Notes: a model not told the origin generated them from the letters alone. 64,000 bases of DNA from Epiperipatus broadwayi (GCA_028023455.1 JAQFVV010000003.1:18600001-18664000), one strand, 5' to 3'. Shown: positions 1 through 11,479, counted from the first letter of the stretch. A program made the numbers and translations.

Positions 1-729
1 CTTGCAAGTTCTTTACAAATTTTATAGTATTATATGTTTAATGAAAGTTATCATCAGTCTATGCTTTTTTAAAAAAAAAAAGTTAGTCTGTGAAACTGAT
101 GGCTATCAACTATTGCAGAATTTCTAATAAAAAAATATTGTAGAGATTTCAAGATTAGTCGGTTTTTGTGGTAGCTAAACAGAAATTAACGACAATTTTT
201 TTTTTATAGGACTCACTTATTGACTTTTATCCAACTGGTCTAGATTATCTGGACCTTTTTTTTATCCTCTAGTTAAAAATAGTTAGATATCAATCTACTG
301 ATTAGTGCTAAAAAGTTAGCTGAGTTGTCCAAAGAACATTTATTTGAAAAATATCATTAGCTTGTTTAGAAAAAATAATATTCACGATATCATAAGGCTC
401 TTCATTAAAGAGAGGCTACAAATTTAAATCAACATTTTCAGATTATGAATAAAGAAAAATTCAGAAGGAAAAACATCATTATAAAGTAAAGTGGATGATA
501 TTCTTTGGATTGATGAATGTATCACTAATCAGGAGTTGTGTATAATTTCACAATGAAATGAAAACTGAAACGGAGATTTACAGATATGTTATATATATTA
601 AACATGTTTGAAGGAGGAACTTTTTATTTTTTGGTTACTGTAATACCTGGATATGAAATTAGAATCTTCATATAAAAGCAGAAGATGGATGGTGTCATGC
701 TTAAATTTTTGAACTGATATACATATTAT

Positions 730-1110
730 TTTTATAGATTAAATTAAATTTCTTTTGGTCTTGATGTAGAAAATTTTTAACACAATAAATGCCTTTTCCC
801 CATAATTGAGAATAGGTATTTTATAAACAACTGCAGTCATGCTTTTTAGAATTTATTGACAATGTGTTTTTTCCAATGCTATTCTTTCCAAATAATATTA
901 CCTATTTCAAAGTTAATTTTTTCAACTTAGATTTAACACCTGATAATATTTTGGGCTTATTTTGAATAAGCCTCAATATGATTATTCAAATTCTATTACA
1001 AGAGCATTTCCATATTTAATTCTTTGTAGCCAGTAATGATCAATTTTGGTAATTGAATATTGATAATCCAAATATGTAGTCATGTCTAGTTAAAAATGGA
1101 ATTGGGATTA
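730..1110 (-). pseudogene. Penelope-like element C-terminal relic (linker + GIY-YIG endonuclease)
   Basis: Minus-strand translation gives AVVYKIP (814-834) and YIKTKRNL (745-768), resembling the PLE GIY-YIG motif GVVYKIPC...YIGxTxRxL. Upstream SGVKSKLKK and LITGYK resemble the PLE linker. Many stops and frameshifts. Confidence 0.45.
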
Positions 1111-1911
1111 TCATCAAATGCTTCATTAGTTTAATATATAATCTTCTGCTTTAAAGTTAAAGATTAGTATTAGTAACTTTATAACAGTATTCTGCCAACT
1201 TTTGTTAAATAAAATTATTTTCAATTATCATAGAAGATTGGGTTGAAATTTTATTTTTTAATTTTGATGTTATAATAATTTTGTTAGATCTTAAAATTTT
1301 CCTATGAATATTAATATTATATAATTACTTTGCAGCATTTTAACTTTAAGATAATGACAGAATATAAAACTGAATGATCTGGGTCAAATTAATAATAAAA
1401 CAAAGATTTCAAGCATAACATTTCACAGTTGAAGAAAAATGTGAATAAATCTCTTAGCATTATTTATATTCACACCAAACCTTATATAAACACCAAGAAT
1501 AACATTAGATGATGTTGCAATTGGGATCTATAGTTTTACAATTGATGTGTGATTATAATAAAATCTGCTAAAACAAATTAATTGATTGCAGAATGCCATG
1601 CATTATAGGTTTAGTTCACTATAGTTAACATTGAAATACATATATTTAAGAACAATCCATTCCAGGCCTTTAGTCTTAATTAAAGTGACCAATCAAAACA
1701 TTCATTTAAACATAAAATAAAAAATGTAAATAAAAATACATATAAAATTAATTGTTGTACATATAGTTAAAGACCGTTAAACATCACATGATAACCATTC
1801 TTTATGCTTACACAAGCTGTGTATACAGAGGCTAAACTCTTCTTACAATAGCGCCACTCAGTGCAAGCCAGAGTAATCAATGGATGCAAGAAGGTTTGTC
1901 TATAAAATCCC

Positions 1912-1976
1912 TACTCATCCACTATCCCCAGAGTTTGTGGCTTTCATCAGTGAGGAGTCTTGGATCTGGGAGCACT
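1912..1976 (-). ncRNA. Hammerhead ribozyme copy, inactivated (GAAA/stem III deleted)
   Basis: CTGATGA (plus-strand tcatcag 1944-1950) and stem I (TCCTCA/TGGGGA) are present, but about 12 nt covering the stem II 3' strand and GAAA are missing relative to the other copies. Confidence 0.7.
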
Positions 1977-2736
1977 GCATCTAGATCTTAGGATGTAATG
2001 CAACTTTCCAGCAGTCACCTTTGACTTTATTAGCTAACTAAAAAGCTTTGAGTCCAAAATGAAAAGACAATAATGTTTTCAATTCAAGCTCAATAGCTTG
2101 TATAATTGAATAGATCTGAACTCAGTTCAGCATCCATACTTTTTGGTGTCTTTGATTCTTTATTAACCACAGTCATCATAATCCTATTGGGAAGAATTGT
2201 TATTAAACTACTAAACATCACATGATCACCATTCTTTATGCTTACACAAGCTGTTTACTCAGAGACTAAACTCTCCATATAATAGTGCCACTCAGTGCAA
2301 GTCAGAGTAATCAATGGATGCAAGAAGGTTAGTGATGAAAGCCACAAGCTAGAAACTAATTTCAGGATATTGGATGAGTAAGCATTAGTTAGGGATTTTA
2401 TGCACAACTTGCATCCATTGATCACACGGGCTTGCATTGAGTGGAGCTACTGTATTGAGAGTTTAGCCTCTGTGTTAACAGCTTGTGTAAGCATAAAGAA
2501 TGGTGATTGTGTGATGTTTAGTGGTTTAATACCAATGATGACTGTGATTATTAAAGAACCAAAGACACCAAAAAGTATGGATGCTGAACTGAGTTTAGAT
2601 CTATACAACTATAAAAGCTATTGAGCTTGAATTGAAAACATTATTGTGTTTTCATTTTGGACTCGAAGCTTTATAGTTAGCTAAAAGGTAAAAGGTGACT
2701 GATGGAGGATTGCACTAGATCCTAAGATCTGGGTGC

Positions 2737-2816
2737 AGTGCTGTCAGATCTAAGATTCCTCACTGATGAAAGCCACAAGTTAGAAAGTAGTCTGGGGATA
2801 TTTGATGAGTAGTACT
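2737..2816 (+). ncRNA. Type I hammerhead ribozyme, core intact
   Basis: TCCTCA 2757-2762, CTGATGA 2763-2769, A-AGC-CACAA-GTT-A stem II, GAAA 2783-2786, GTAG, TC 2791-2792, TGGGGA 2793-2798. The stem III palindrome is broken (AGTAGT instead of ACTAGT). Confidence 0.8.
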
Positions 2817-3600
2817 ATACACAAATCTTTTTGCATCCACTGATTACTCTGGCTTGCCCTGAGTGGCACTATTATTTAGCCTCCATATAGTTTAAAGACC
2901 ATTAAAACTCATCTTTTAAAAGCATAAAATTGAAATATAAATTTACATATCCTAATAAAAATTCAGATCATTGATTTTACAATTTACACTGTCTTACGAG
3001 TGGTCCTATCCATATTAAAAACTTTACTCATGTCTTATAATGATATGCAATACAGTTCTTTTTTTTAAGTCAGTGAACCTTACTTTTCTAGTAATAAAAT
3101 CATTTGTAGGAACAGTGCTTTTATTAGATTATAGTGTAGAATTCTTCAAGCAATTGTTTAATCTTTTCTCAAATGATTGACTTATTGATTAATCCATATT
3201 ATCAAGAAAAAAATTTCATTAATTACAATGTAAACTTCTCAATTCTTTTTCTGTTTATTTTTTAACAAGTCATTAGTATTAAAATGATGTAGAACCTTGA
3301 TTTAATTATAATGTATTCATAACTTATAGCTTTCTTTTTTAAAAATGAACTTTCATTTTTATTTGATCAATTTTTTGATAGTATTTTTTCTGGTTTATGA
3401 TTAAAATTATTATTTATACATATATGAAAAGAATTTTGAAAACAAAAACGAATAAAGTTGAATAAATTGCAGAAGAAAAATTGTATGCAAATAAACTCAC
3501 ATAATATAATAACATTGTTTGAACTTTTATTTAAAGCTGAAATGCTGTGAAAAGTCTTAGACACATGGTTGCTATTTTAATTAGTAGTGCTTGTTATAAC

Positions 3601-4620
3601 TTTTTTTTTATTTCGGTCAGGGATGTTAATTTAGCAATTGCGTACTTTTTTTTTAAAAAAAAAATATAGAATTTTTATTCGGAAATTTGGTTATAATACA
3701 TGATAACGGTTAAACATAGAATATATTACATGATAATCAGGGGGATGAAAGTTCAATATTGATATCTTGTTTGACAACAGCTACAAGGACTAATATGAAG
3801 CATATCAGCAAGGAACGAGTCCGGAATGGTATCTTGTTGATAGATGATCTTGCTTGCATGTCTCATACAGTTCAACGATAGATATAATCCTTTGTCCATG
3901 CTCTGCATGATCAAGTCGACCCTTCATATTGGAGGTTACTTCCATAAAACTCAGGATCTGGGCAATAATCATGCAGAGCAAGATGTGTCATCACAAAGGA
4001 ATGCAGGCCATTCAGCCTCAAATCACTCTCCAGGGAAGAAGATTTCTATTCAGGAGTGAAAGGGATCAGCTTTTGGAGGCCAAATCAATAACCTCCATGT
4101 AGAATTGTAGATGTAAGGGGGGCCAAATTCTGGTCCCTTTTTCAAATTTTTTCCATTTTGTTAATATAGAGCTCGAGCGGACGTTCCAGTCATGATTAAA
4201 GGTGAGCCAGCACCATGTGTACCATAGTGATAACAGTACAAATGTTGTTAATCGTATCTCTGGGATGAATCCACATAGTATATTGTCAAAGAGAGTCGTC
4301 AGAGCAGGCATATTGTTATTTAACATGGAGGCTATAAGGACTCTGTAGGAGTGAAGGGAAGCACAGTGGCAGAGGAGGTGAAGAGAAGTTTCATCCTCTC
4401 TGAGGCATAGTGAGCAAGTGGACTCTATGTTTGAAAATCCTCGGCGATGCACCAGAAAGTGTTTAGTAGGCAAGGCATTAATATTTATCTTCATCAGGAA
4501 ATCAAAATATTTGGGTTCAAGGAACCATTGCTTAAATTTCTTGATTAGCAGATAATTGTTAAGCCTAAGGAGAGTTGATCCTGCAGAAAGATCAGGATTA
4601 AGCAATTGCATACTTAACAC
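3601..4620 (-). mobile_element. 5'-truncated L1/Tx1-type LINE: ORF2 C-terminal zinc-binding (zf-RVT) region, 3' UTR and poly(A)
   Basis: ORF 4066-4620 contains ALPTKHFL..RG....CSLC..EDETSLHLLCHC, a CCHC zinc motif. On the minus strand AATAAA overlaps the start of an A9 tract at 3601-3609. No TSD found. Confidence 0.75.
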
Positions 4621-4669
4621 TCAATTTTCTATACTTTTACCATGCTTTAGCTTTGTTTTTGGTTTTTTT

Positions 4670-5580
4670 TTACTTTAATATCGACATTAATCAGTTTACA
4701 AATTCTATTTTATGGCACATGTAGGAGAATATTTTTAACAAAAAATATGTACAACTTTTTTTACTGCTAGAGATAAAATAAAAAGTAAGAGAATTAAATT
4801 TTTAATCATATTTTAGATTTTCATCATTTTTATCAGTCTTTTGTTTTGAACTTTTTAATTTTTTTACCAGAACTTTGTTTTGAATTTTTTTTTTTAAGTC
4901 AAACATTAACCAGTCTTCAAATTCTATTTCTCTGGGACAAAGCTAAAATTATTATAATATATACACTTTGGAGAATAGTTTTAAATAAAAATATTTACAA
5001 TATTTTTACTGCAACAAATTTTAAAAAAAAGTAAAAGTACTAAATTGATAATTAAGTTGTAGATCTCAAGAATTTTTATTGGCCTTTCAGTTTGAACCTT
5101 TTTTTTTTTTTTCTGAAATTTTGTTTTCAAACATTAGTCAACTTTCAAATTATACTTGCATTGTATATAGCAAAAAATATGTACATTATTTTTACCACTA
5201 GAAAAAAAAACTAAGAGAATTAATTTGATAACTGTGATTTAGATTTCTGACATTTTATAAGAATTTCCTTTTTGATTTTTGTTTTTACTTTAACATTAAT
5301 CAGTTTTAAAGTTCTTATTTTCTTGCTAAAATTGCTATAATATATGCACCTAAGTGAATATTTTTAAACAAAAATATGTATAACATTTTGCTTTCGTTTT
5401 TGAGATTTTTTTTCGACATCAACTTTAATTTATTTTTAAATTTTACTTTTGTGCCTTATAACAGAAATTTTTGCATTGTACACATCTATGAGAATACTTG
5501 AAAACAAAAATATATATAATACAATATTTTTTTCTGCTAGAAATAATGAGATAAGCAAACTAAATTGATTACTATGTTTT
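4670..5580. repeat. Diverged AT-rich tandem array, about 5 units of 120-230 bp
   Basis: An anchor motif (acattaatcag-like) recurs at 4684, 4903, 5131, 5293 and 5416, each followed by aaaaatatgta..ttttt(a)ctgc(t)ag-like and aattaaattg-like motifs. Confidence 0.6.
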
Positions 5581-7365
5581 ACATAGCAAAGATGTCTGGC
5601 TTGCTAGTAATCATTCTAAATTTTGTCATTAGTTGTATAAATTATAATTTAGTGAGATGTAAGTATTTATTCTACTTACTCTAAAAGCCTTTGTTGTAAC
5701 AGGCATAATAAAAACTTGAATCCATGCAGTGGGCCTTTTGTATTGTCCAAATTCATAACCTAAAGTTTCCATATCCTATGGTTTAAACACAAAGCTATCT
5801 ATTTGTTTAGATATGTAGATCAGAAACTAATTATATATTGTGGAAATTTCATTGGTACGTTAACAATAGGCATTTTGTCTTTTGGGAAAGATAGTATATA
5901 TTGCAAACTAGATAATATAGCATATATGAAATCTAATGTAATATAAGTGTCATTTTTTTTAGATATTATACAAGAGGGATACTATTTCACACACATGGAA
6001 GTAAGATATCAATGCAATAAAATAAGTTATTATTATAAGGTATTATCTATATTAACTTTGGTAAATCATATTTCAGAATGATCTGTGGTGCATTTGGTTT
6101 AAATTATTGTGGTGATATAATCTGTCCATCTCATTACTGATTTTCTTCTTTCATTATCAAGCTTAATTAGATCATTTTATAATATAGTCATAGTAAAACA
6201 TATTCAACTAGACCACTTTTATTTTGTATAAAAGTTCATGTCCAATGTGATGTAATATTTACTTGTTTATTTTTCCTCAATTCATGGAGATTTTTTAAAA
6301 TCTTTTTTCAATGTTTATAGAGAATCAAAAAAATATTATAGATTGGGTAATTCTTTTCTTCATTTTTAAAGATATGTTTCTATATTTAAGGATCTTTTTA
6401 GTCTTCATTGTCTTTGTTAGTCTATGATATTGAATGATCCAAGGGGAAGAAAAACTGGATACATCTATATTTTCAACATCAGTTTTATAATCATCTCCTG
6501 TTTTTATCATTTGTTTTTCAGCCATAATTTTATTTTTTCACTTTTATTATTTAATTTTCCTAATATCATATCTTAAAATTTTCTTTCCTTTTTTTTTGAT
6601 TATATATATGGTGTCATCAATATATTTTATTTTTTTTACCGATCCTATTTTCACATTTACCTTCACCCATTTAAACTTTTAACGTATTCCACATATACAA
6701 TAAATGGTTAGATTGACAATATACAATCCTGTTTAACCTCTTGTCAATGTAAAGCAGTTTGTTAACCATAATTTATTTTAACTTTCTACCAGCAATTTTT
6801 TAACTGTAGACACTAGTCTTCATGTGGAGATTTTTCATAAAAATAATAAGTTAGATATATGATAAAAAGTTGTTCTGAAAGACAATCAGATAATTTGTCA
6901 ATACAACTACAATCACAAACAGTAGTAAGTAATCATCAATAAAACTAGCACAGTAAGTATTGAATAAATTTAAATTTGACTACACAACTACTTTCTGTCA
7001 AGCATCAGTTTTATTTGAGTTGTAAATTCCAAAACTTGAAAGTTTTTGATATAAATACACCATTGTCAAATAGTACATCATAATGTATAAGAGTGGAAAC
7101 TATTCATATTCTTAATTTTGAAGTTTTTCACTTCCATTGTAGATTCTTTTTTTTTTTTTTGATCTTTAAAAAAATATATTGAAATTTGGCAATAATGAAA
7201 AGGCCAAAAAAGCATTGCGTTCATGGTTTCTGGAGTAACCATTTTTGATGATATCAAACAACTTGTGAATCTATATTAAATTGAGACATTGAAAAATATT
7301 AGATTTTTTTCTCATATGCCATTGGACGATACAATTGAATGACTCCCTCAGATCTCTAGATCTTA

Positions 7366-8080
7366 ACATAGTAACCATTTTCTCCATACAATACTGCCAC
7401 CTATTGCAAAATATGGTAATCAATGAATGCTAGAAGATTAATGCATCAAAATTTCTATCTAATGTTTACTCATTCAATATCATAGACTAGTTTTTAACTT
7501 ATGGCTTTCATCAGTGAATAGGCTTGAATCTGAAAGCACTGCTTCTAGATCTTTGGATCTAATGCATCTTTCCAGCAGCCATCTTTTATCTTTTTAATTA
7601 ACTATAAAGTTATGAGTCAAAATTGAAAACACAGTAATGTTTTCAATATAGTCATACAGATCTGAACCTACTTCAGCATCTATATATTTTGGAGTCTTTG
7701 GTTTTTCAATAACTATAGTCAGCAATATCACTCTAGCTTCACATGACCACCATTTTTTATGCTCACAATCTGTTATCACAATAGCAACTTTTTCCATAAA
7801 ATATTACCACCTAGTGCAAGATATAGTTGACTAAAAAGATAAAAAGTGGCTGCTAGCGGATGCATTAGATTCAAAGATCTAGGTGCAATGCTTTCAGATT
7901 TTAATCTCATCACTGATATAAATCATGGATAAATAAGCACCAGATACAGATTTTGATATACTAATCTTCTAGCATCCATTGATTATTATGGCTTGTACTA
8001 AGGTGGCAATATTGTATAGAAAAAATTGCTACTGTATTATCAAAGTATGTAAGAGTGAAAAACGGTGGTCATGTAGTTTA
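7366..8080. mobile_element. Hammerhead retrozyme-like repeat, locus B (older, head-to-head)
   Basis: Minus arm 7366 to ~7823 (period ~410; core tcatcag 7508-7514 with G12>A). Plus arm ~7824-8080 (decayed core ctgata at 7913). Flanked by atctctagatctta (7352-7365) and atctctaaatctta (8081-8094). Confidence 0.75.
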
Positions 8081-8189
8081 ATCTCTAAATCTTATTCTTA
8101 TAGGATTCTGTCGTATTTGCTTTCAAATACGAAATTAAACCCATGAAACAAGTTATCATTCATGCATTTGCCTGAAAGGTTGTCTTTAA

Positions 8190-8270
8190 CAGAATAGCTC
8201 ACTTTGTTAGAGTGTTACCTTAAAATTTGATATTCGAGAATCTAAAGGTGTAAGTTCGATTCCTATGCTA
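8190..8270 (+). mobile_element. Degenerate tRNA-derived (SINE-like) head with Pol III A and B boxes
   Basis: A-box-like TAGCTCACTTTG at 8195; B-box GTTCGATTCC at 8254-8263 within a T-arm-like stem GTAAG/CCTAT. Confidence 0.5.
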
Positions 8271-8292
8271 ATATTGTCACTGGTAATCCAGC

Positions 8293-8445
8293 AACACCTG
8301 AAGAAAAATGGAGAATAGTGCTACTTGAAACATTGTCCAATTACTAATCTGTGTTATCTATTTGTGAATTATCACTAACAAGTTGTTTGTATTTGAAAAG
8401 TTTACATTCAACATTTATTGATAGATGATGGAAAAAGTCCAACAT
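8293..8445 (+). mobile_element. PLE pseudo-LTR relic with a decayed minimal hammerhead
   Basis: CTGAAGA 8298-8304 ... GAAACATTG 8326-8334 (PLE consensus GAAACGTTG after CpG decay), then gatgatggaaaaagtccaa 8424-8442, which matches 24246-24264 at 17/19. Stem II pairs poorly. Confidence 0.45.
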
Positions 8446-9539
8446 ATCATATCATTCATGCTTTTCAGAAAATCAATAGTAATAAGAATCTTTATCATAA
8501 AGTTGCATGATAGTTGGAGATTACTGTAAAATGTTTGAAAGATGATGAGAAACTGAATGTTTAAAAAAATTCAAGTATCCATTGTTTAAATGACAGATAT
8601 AAAAATAAATAAATAAAACCATTGTTTTAATAAAACACATTAAAACACATTTTAAAAAGTATTTAAATGCCTAAATTTACATTTGGACTACTTTGTATAA
8701 TAAATCATCATCACAATATATTATATGCTCTTGCAGATATATAGAGTGACATTAAATATGTTAAGCTTTTGGTTATAGTTATTACAACAATGGAGTATTT
8801 GAATCTGGATAATTTATAAGCCAAAAAAAAGTAAAAGATAAAAACTCTCAGTCTGACCAATTGAATTGAACTGTTTTGCTTTTGCTGGCCTCATTAATAC
8901 TTAGAAATCTCTTGACCTTCTTAGAAATTCACAATATGATAAATAAATAATGCATTGTTTAAATTGCTTTGAAACATATGTACTAATTGTACATAATTGT
9001 TTTGCAAAATACTGCAGTAAATAATATTTATCAAAAATGTATATTGAATTGTTGATATTGGTAATCTCTCTACAAATTCTAGAAGATATAATGTGAGTGA
9101 TGACTAGAATCAGTAAATACTAAATGGCAACATAAGTTAGTCTCCTGTGACCAATTTCTAATAATTAGTCTTTTTGTAATAGAAAGTAAAAGAAAAAACA
9201 TGTTTTCTATCCAGCTGATATAAAAATATGCTACGATAATTATTAAATGGAAATATATAAATAATACAAAAAAGAATTGTTAAATATTGATTCTGTTTGT
9301 GTTTCTTACAACATGGCTAATCTAAAATTGAAAAGTTTATGGCTTGATTTTTTTTTGTGACTGCTTTAAGATTTAATTTAATTTAGATTTCTTTATGTTT
9401 AGGTTTATCGCATTGTAGGAGCACAAACAGTATCAGTATTTAATAATTCTGAATTAACATCATAAATTACAATTAATCAACCCTGGCAAATGCTGAACAA
9501 AGCATCATCGCATATGACTATATCTGTTTACTTTCATAA

Positions 9540-9690
9540 TCTGCATTTGGAACAGTAATTCACTTTATTTATTCTGCTCCAGTGCTATCTGTTACAAACT
9601 TGGCTAAATAACTGGACATTAGATAGTATAGTGTATACAAATTCCAGATAAATTTCTGCTATTGATTTTCTTTAGTAAAAAACTTCAGAT
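9540..9690 (-). repeat. Highly diverged homologue of the PLE 3' repeat at 32000-32350
   Basis: Shares ggaacagtaatt (9549-9560 vs 32223-32234) and atctgtta in the same order. A decayed CTAAAGA...AGAAA..ATC.TGGA lies where the hammerhead would be. Confidence 0.3.
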
Positions 9691-10409
9691 TTGTTCCCAT
9701 TTATCCACAGATGCCTTTACTTCTTTTATATTTTCCAAGCTAATCTGAGATTAAAAATACTCCAAGATATTGAACTTAAGTTTCTTTGCTTGTGTAGTTA
9801 TATAGATCTGACTCCCCTAGGCTAGCAGTTATATATATATATATATTAGTAATGGAGCTACATATAGACACATGTCTTTTTAGTAAAATTATATATACCA
9901 AATGAAATATTACCTTTTTTTTACTTACTTTAATGGAGTAATTCACTCTAATTACTTGGTTCCATGGTTACCTATTATAAGTTTGAATAATCATTGGAAA
10001 ATAATTGTTAGTATAATATTATATTAAGAGCTTCAGATGAAATTTTGGCTGGGTGCTCCAATGTAATATGATATCTTGAGCAAATGGCCTACAGTTAATA
10101 TATTAGTTTATGAAAAAAGATTTATGAAATTAACTACAAATTTTATTTTTGATTTATGTTGTTAATTATTAATTTATTTATGATGATTCAATTTTTAAAT
10201 TATATTGTTACAAACATTTATTTTATTTAGATATTTTATATTAGGAAAATCAGTCAGTAAATTGTAAAAATGAAAAGAAGATATGAATTTAAAAAAAAAC
10301 CTTTCTCAACATAACCTCCATCAAAATTGATATTTTTATATTGTATTTTTTCTTTTACCTTATATATGCATTGATAAAATTATAAATTATTAAACAAATT
10401 CATCTTTAT

Positions 10410-10545
10410 TTATTTTATTAAACCTCATCAATCTGATAGATTTGATTGACCAGCAATCTTTTTTAGAGCTAAAAAATATCATTTAACTCTGAAGAATATT
10501 GCTGGTCAATCAAAACTGTCAGATTAATGAGGTTTAATAAAATAA
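10410..10545. mobile_element. Short palindromic MITE-like hairpin
   Basis: ttattttattaaacctcatcaatctgatagatttgattgaccagcaat is nearly the reverse complement of attgctggtcaatcaaaactgtcagattaatgaggtttaataaaataa (~48-bp arms). Confidence 0.7.
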
Positions 10546-11229
10546 GCATTGTTATAATAATAAAGAAAGGTGGATTTATTTAATTATTCAAAATTAATAT
10601 TTTTATATCCTGTTGCTTTACTACTTTCTTGATAGCAGCAACATAGAAATTAATTGTCTGAACCACTTTCTGCATATTTTTTGATTTCTATATCATCATA
10701 TTTAGTTATGATTAGCTTATCCTTAAAAAATATTTATGATTATAAGCTTCTTTTTTAAAAATATTCTACTCTTTGATACTTTCCTTTTTAACTACTGCAA
10801 TTAGCCACAAAGCTGAGATGCTATCTATTAATGGTACATATAACAAACCTATTAATTTTATTATCATTGTTTTATTTTCATTTATAGTCTACTTACTTAT
10901 TCTTTTTATTTTCATTGTTTTATTTTCATTTGTAGTCTATTTACTTATTCTTTATCACATTGATGAAATTGTCTTTTATGTAAATCCAACTTTTATTTTA
11001 CCTGGTATTTCTTAATACCATTGTAAATCAAAGTTGTTATTATAGCAGTAAATAAATAAAAATAAAAAACAAAAGCATATATATATTAATGCATAGAGAA
11101 TCTTAAGTAGTCATATCTCTCAGAGTATATATAATATATTTTATGCCATTTGATTTCAAGCTGCATGGATATCAAAAATCAGTAATAATAAGTAGTGAAT
11201 TCTATATATGTTTTATATATATATAATAG

Positions 11230-11403
11230 TTTAATTTCCAATGTTTCGACGAAATAGCATCTGCCATTGTCAATTACTTCATCTTCAATCTCATTCTTTA
11301 TCTCACATTCAATCTCGATACTAATTGAGATCTAACAGTTTTTCTTTGAAAAGTTAACCTTGACAATGGCAGATGCTATTTCATCAAAACGTTGGGAATT
11401 AAT
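11230..11403. ncRNA. Inverted pair of PLE-type minimal hammerhead-like motifs with a U3/A8 core
   Basis: Minus copy 11230-11273 and plus copy 11353-11403. Consensus TTGACAA-T-GGCAGATGCTATTTCGTC-GAAA-CGTT-GGGAATTAA; each copy carries different CpG-decay changes. Confidence 0.5.
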
Positions 11404-11479
11404 CAAAACTAACACACAGTTTAATCCAAAAACTATTTTATTTACATCATATAACCATAAAAAAGTAAATATAATATAT

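Larger units (their letters stand above)
1782..2883. mobile_element. Hammerhead retrozyme-like repeat, locus A (head-to-head inverted tandem arms)
   Basis: Minus arm 1782-2330 has an internal period of 434 (gagtaatcaatggatg at 1871 and 2305). Plus arm 2331-2883 has a period of 431 (tgatga cores at 2333 and 2764). Flanked by catatagttaaagaccgttaaa (1760-1781) and catatagtttaaagaccattaaa (2884-2906). Confidence 0.85.

Noticed and set aside
2400-2624. Similar short ORFs at 2400-2624 and 7594-7797 (shared KEPKTPK.MDAE..DLY peptide) as a small protein family
   Set aside because: Both lie in the ribozyme repeat. The shared peptide reflects DNA identity, and the frame is not kept in loci C and D.
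4670-5580. CRISPR-like or other regularly spaced repeat array
   Set aside because: Units are long, diverged and irregular, with no constant repeat-spacer pattern; the context is eukaryotic.
5680-5775. Possible 96-bp minus-strand exon (DMETLGYEFGQYKRPTAWIQVFIMPVTTKAFR) between AG and GTAAGT
   Set aside because: Weak polypyrimidine tract, no recognisable homology and no partner exons; not supportable without RNA-seq.
6325-6525. 66-aa minus-strand ORF as a gene or transposase piece
   Set aside because: No motif recognised and no splice context.
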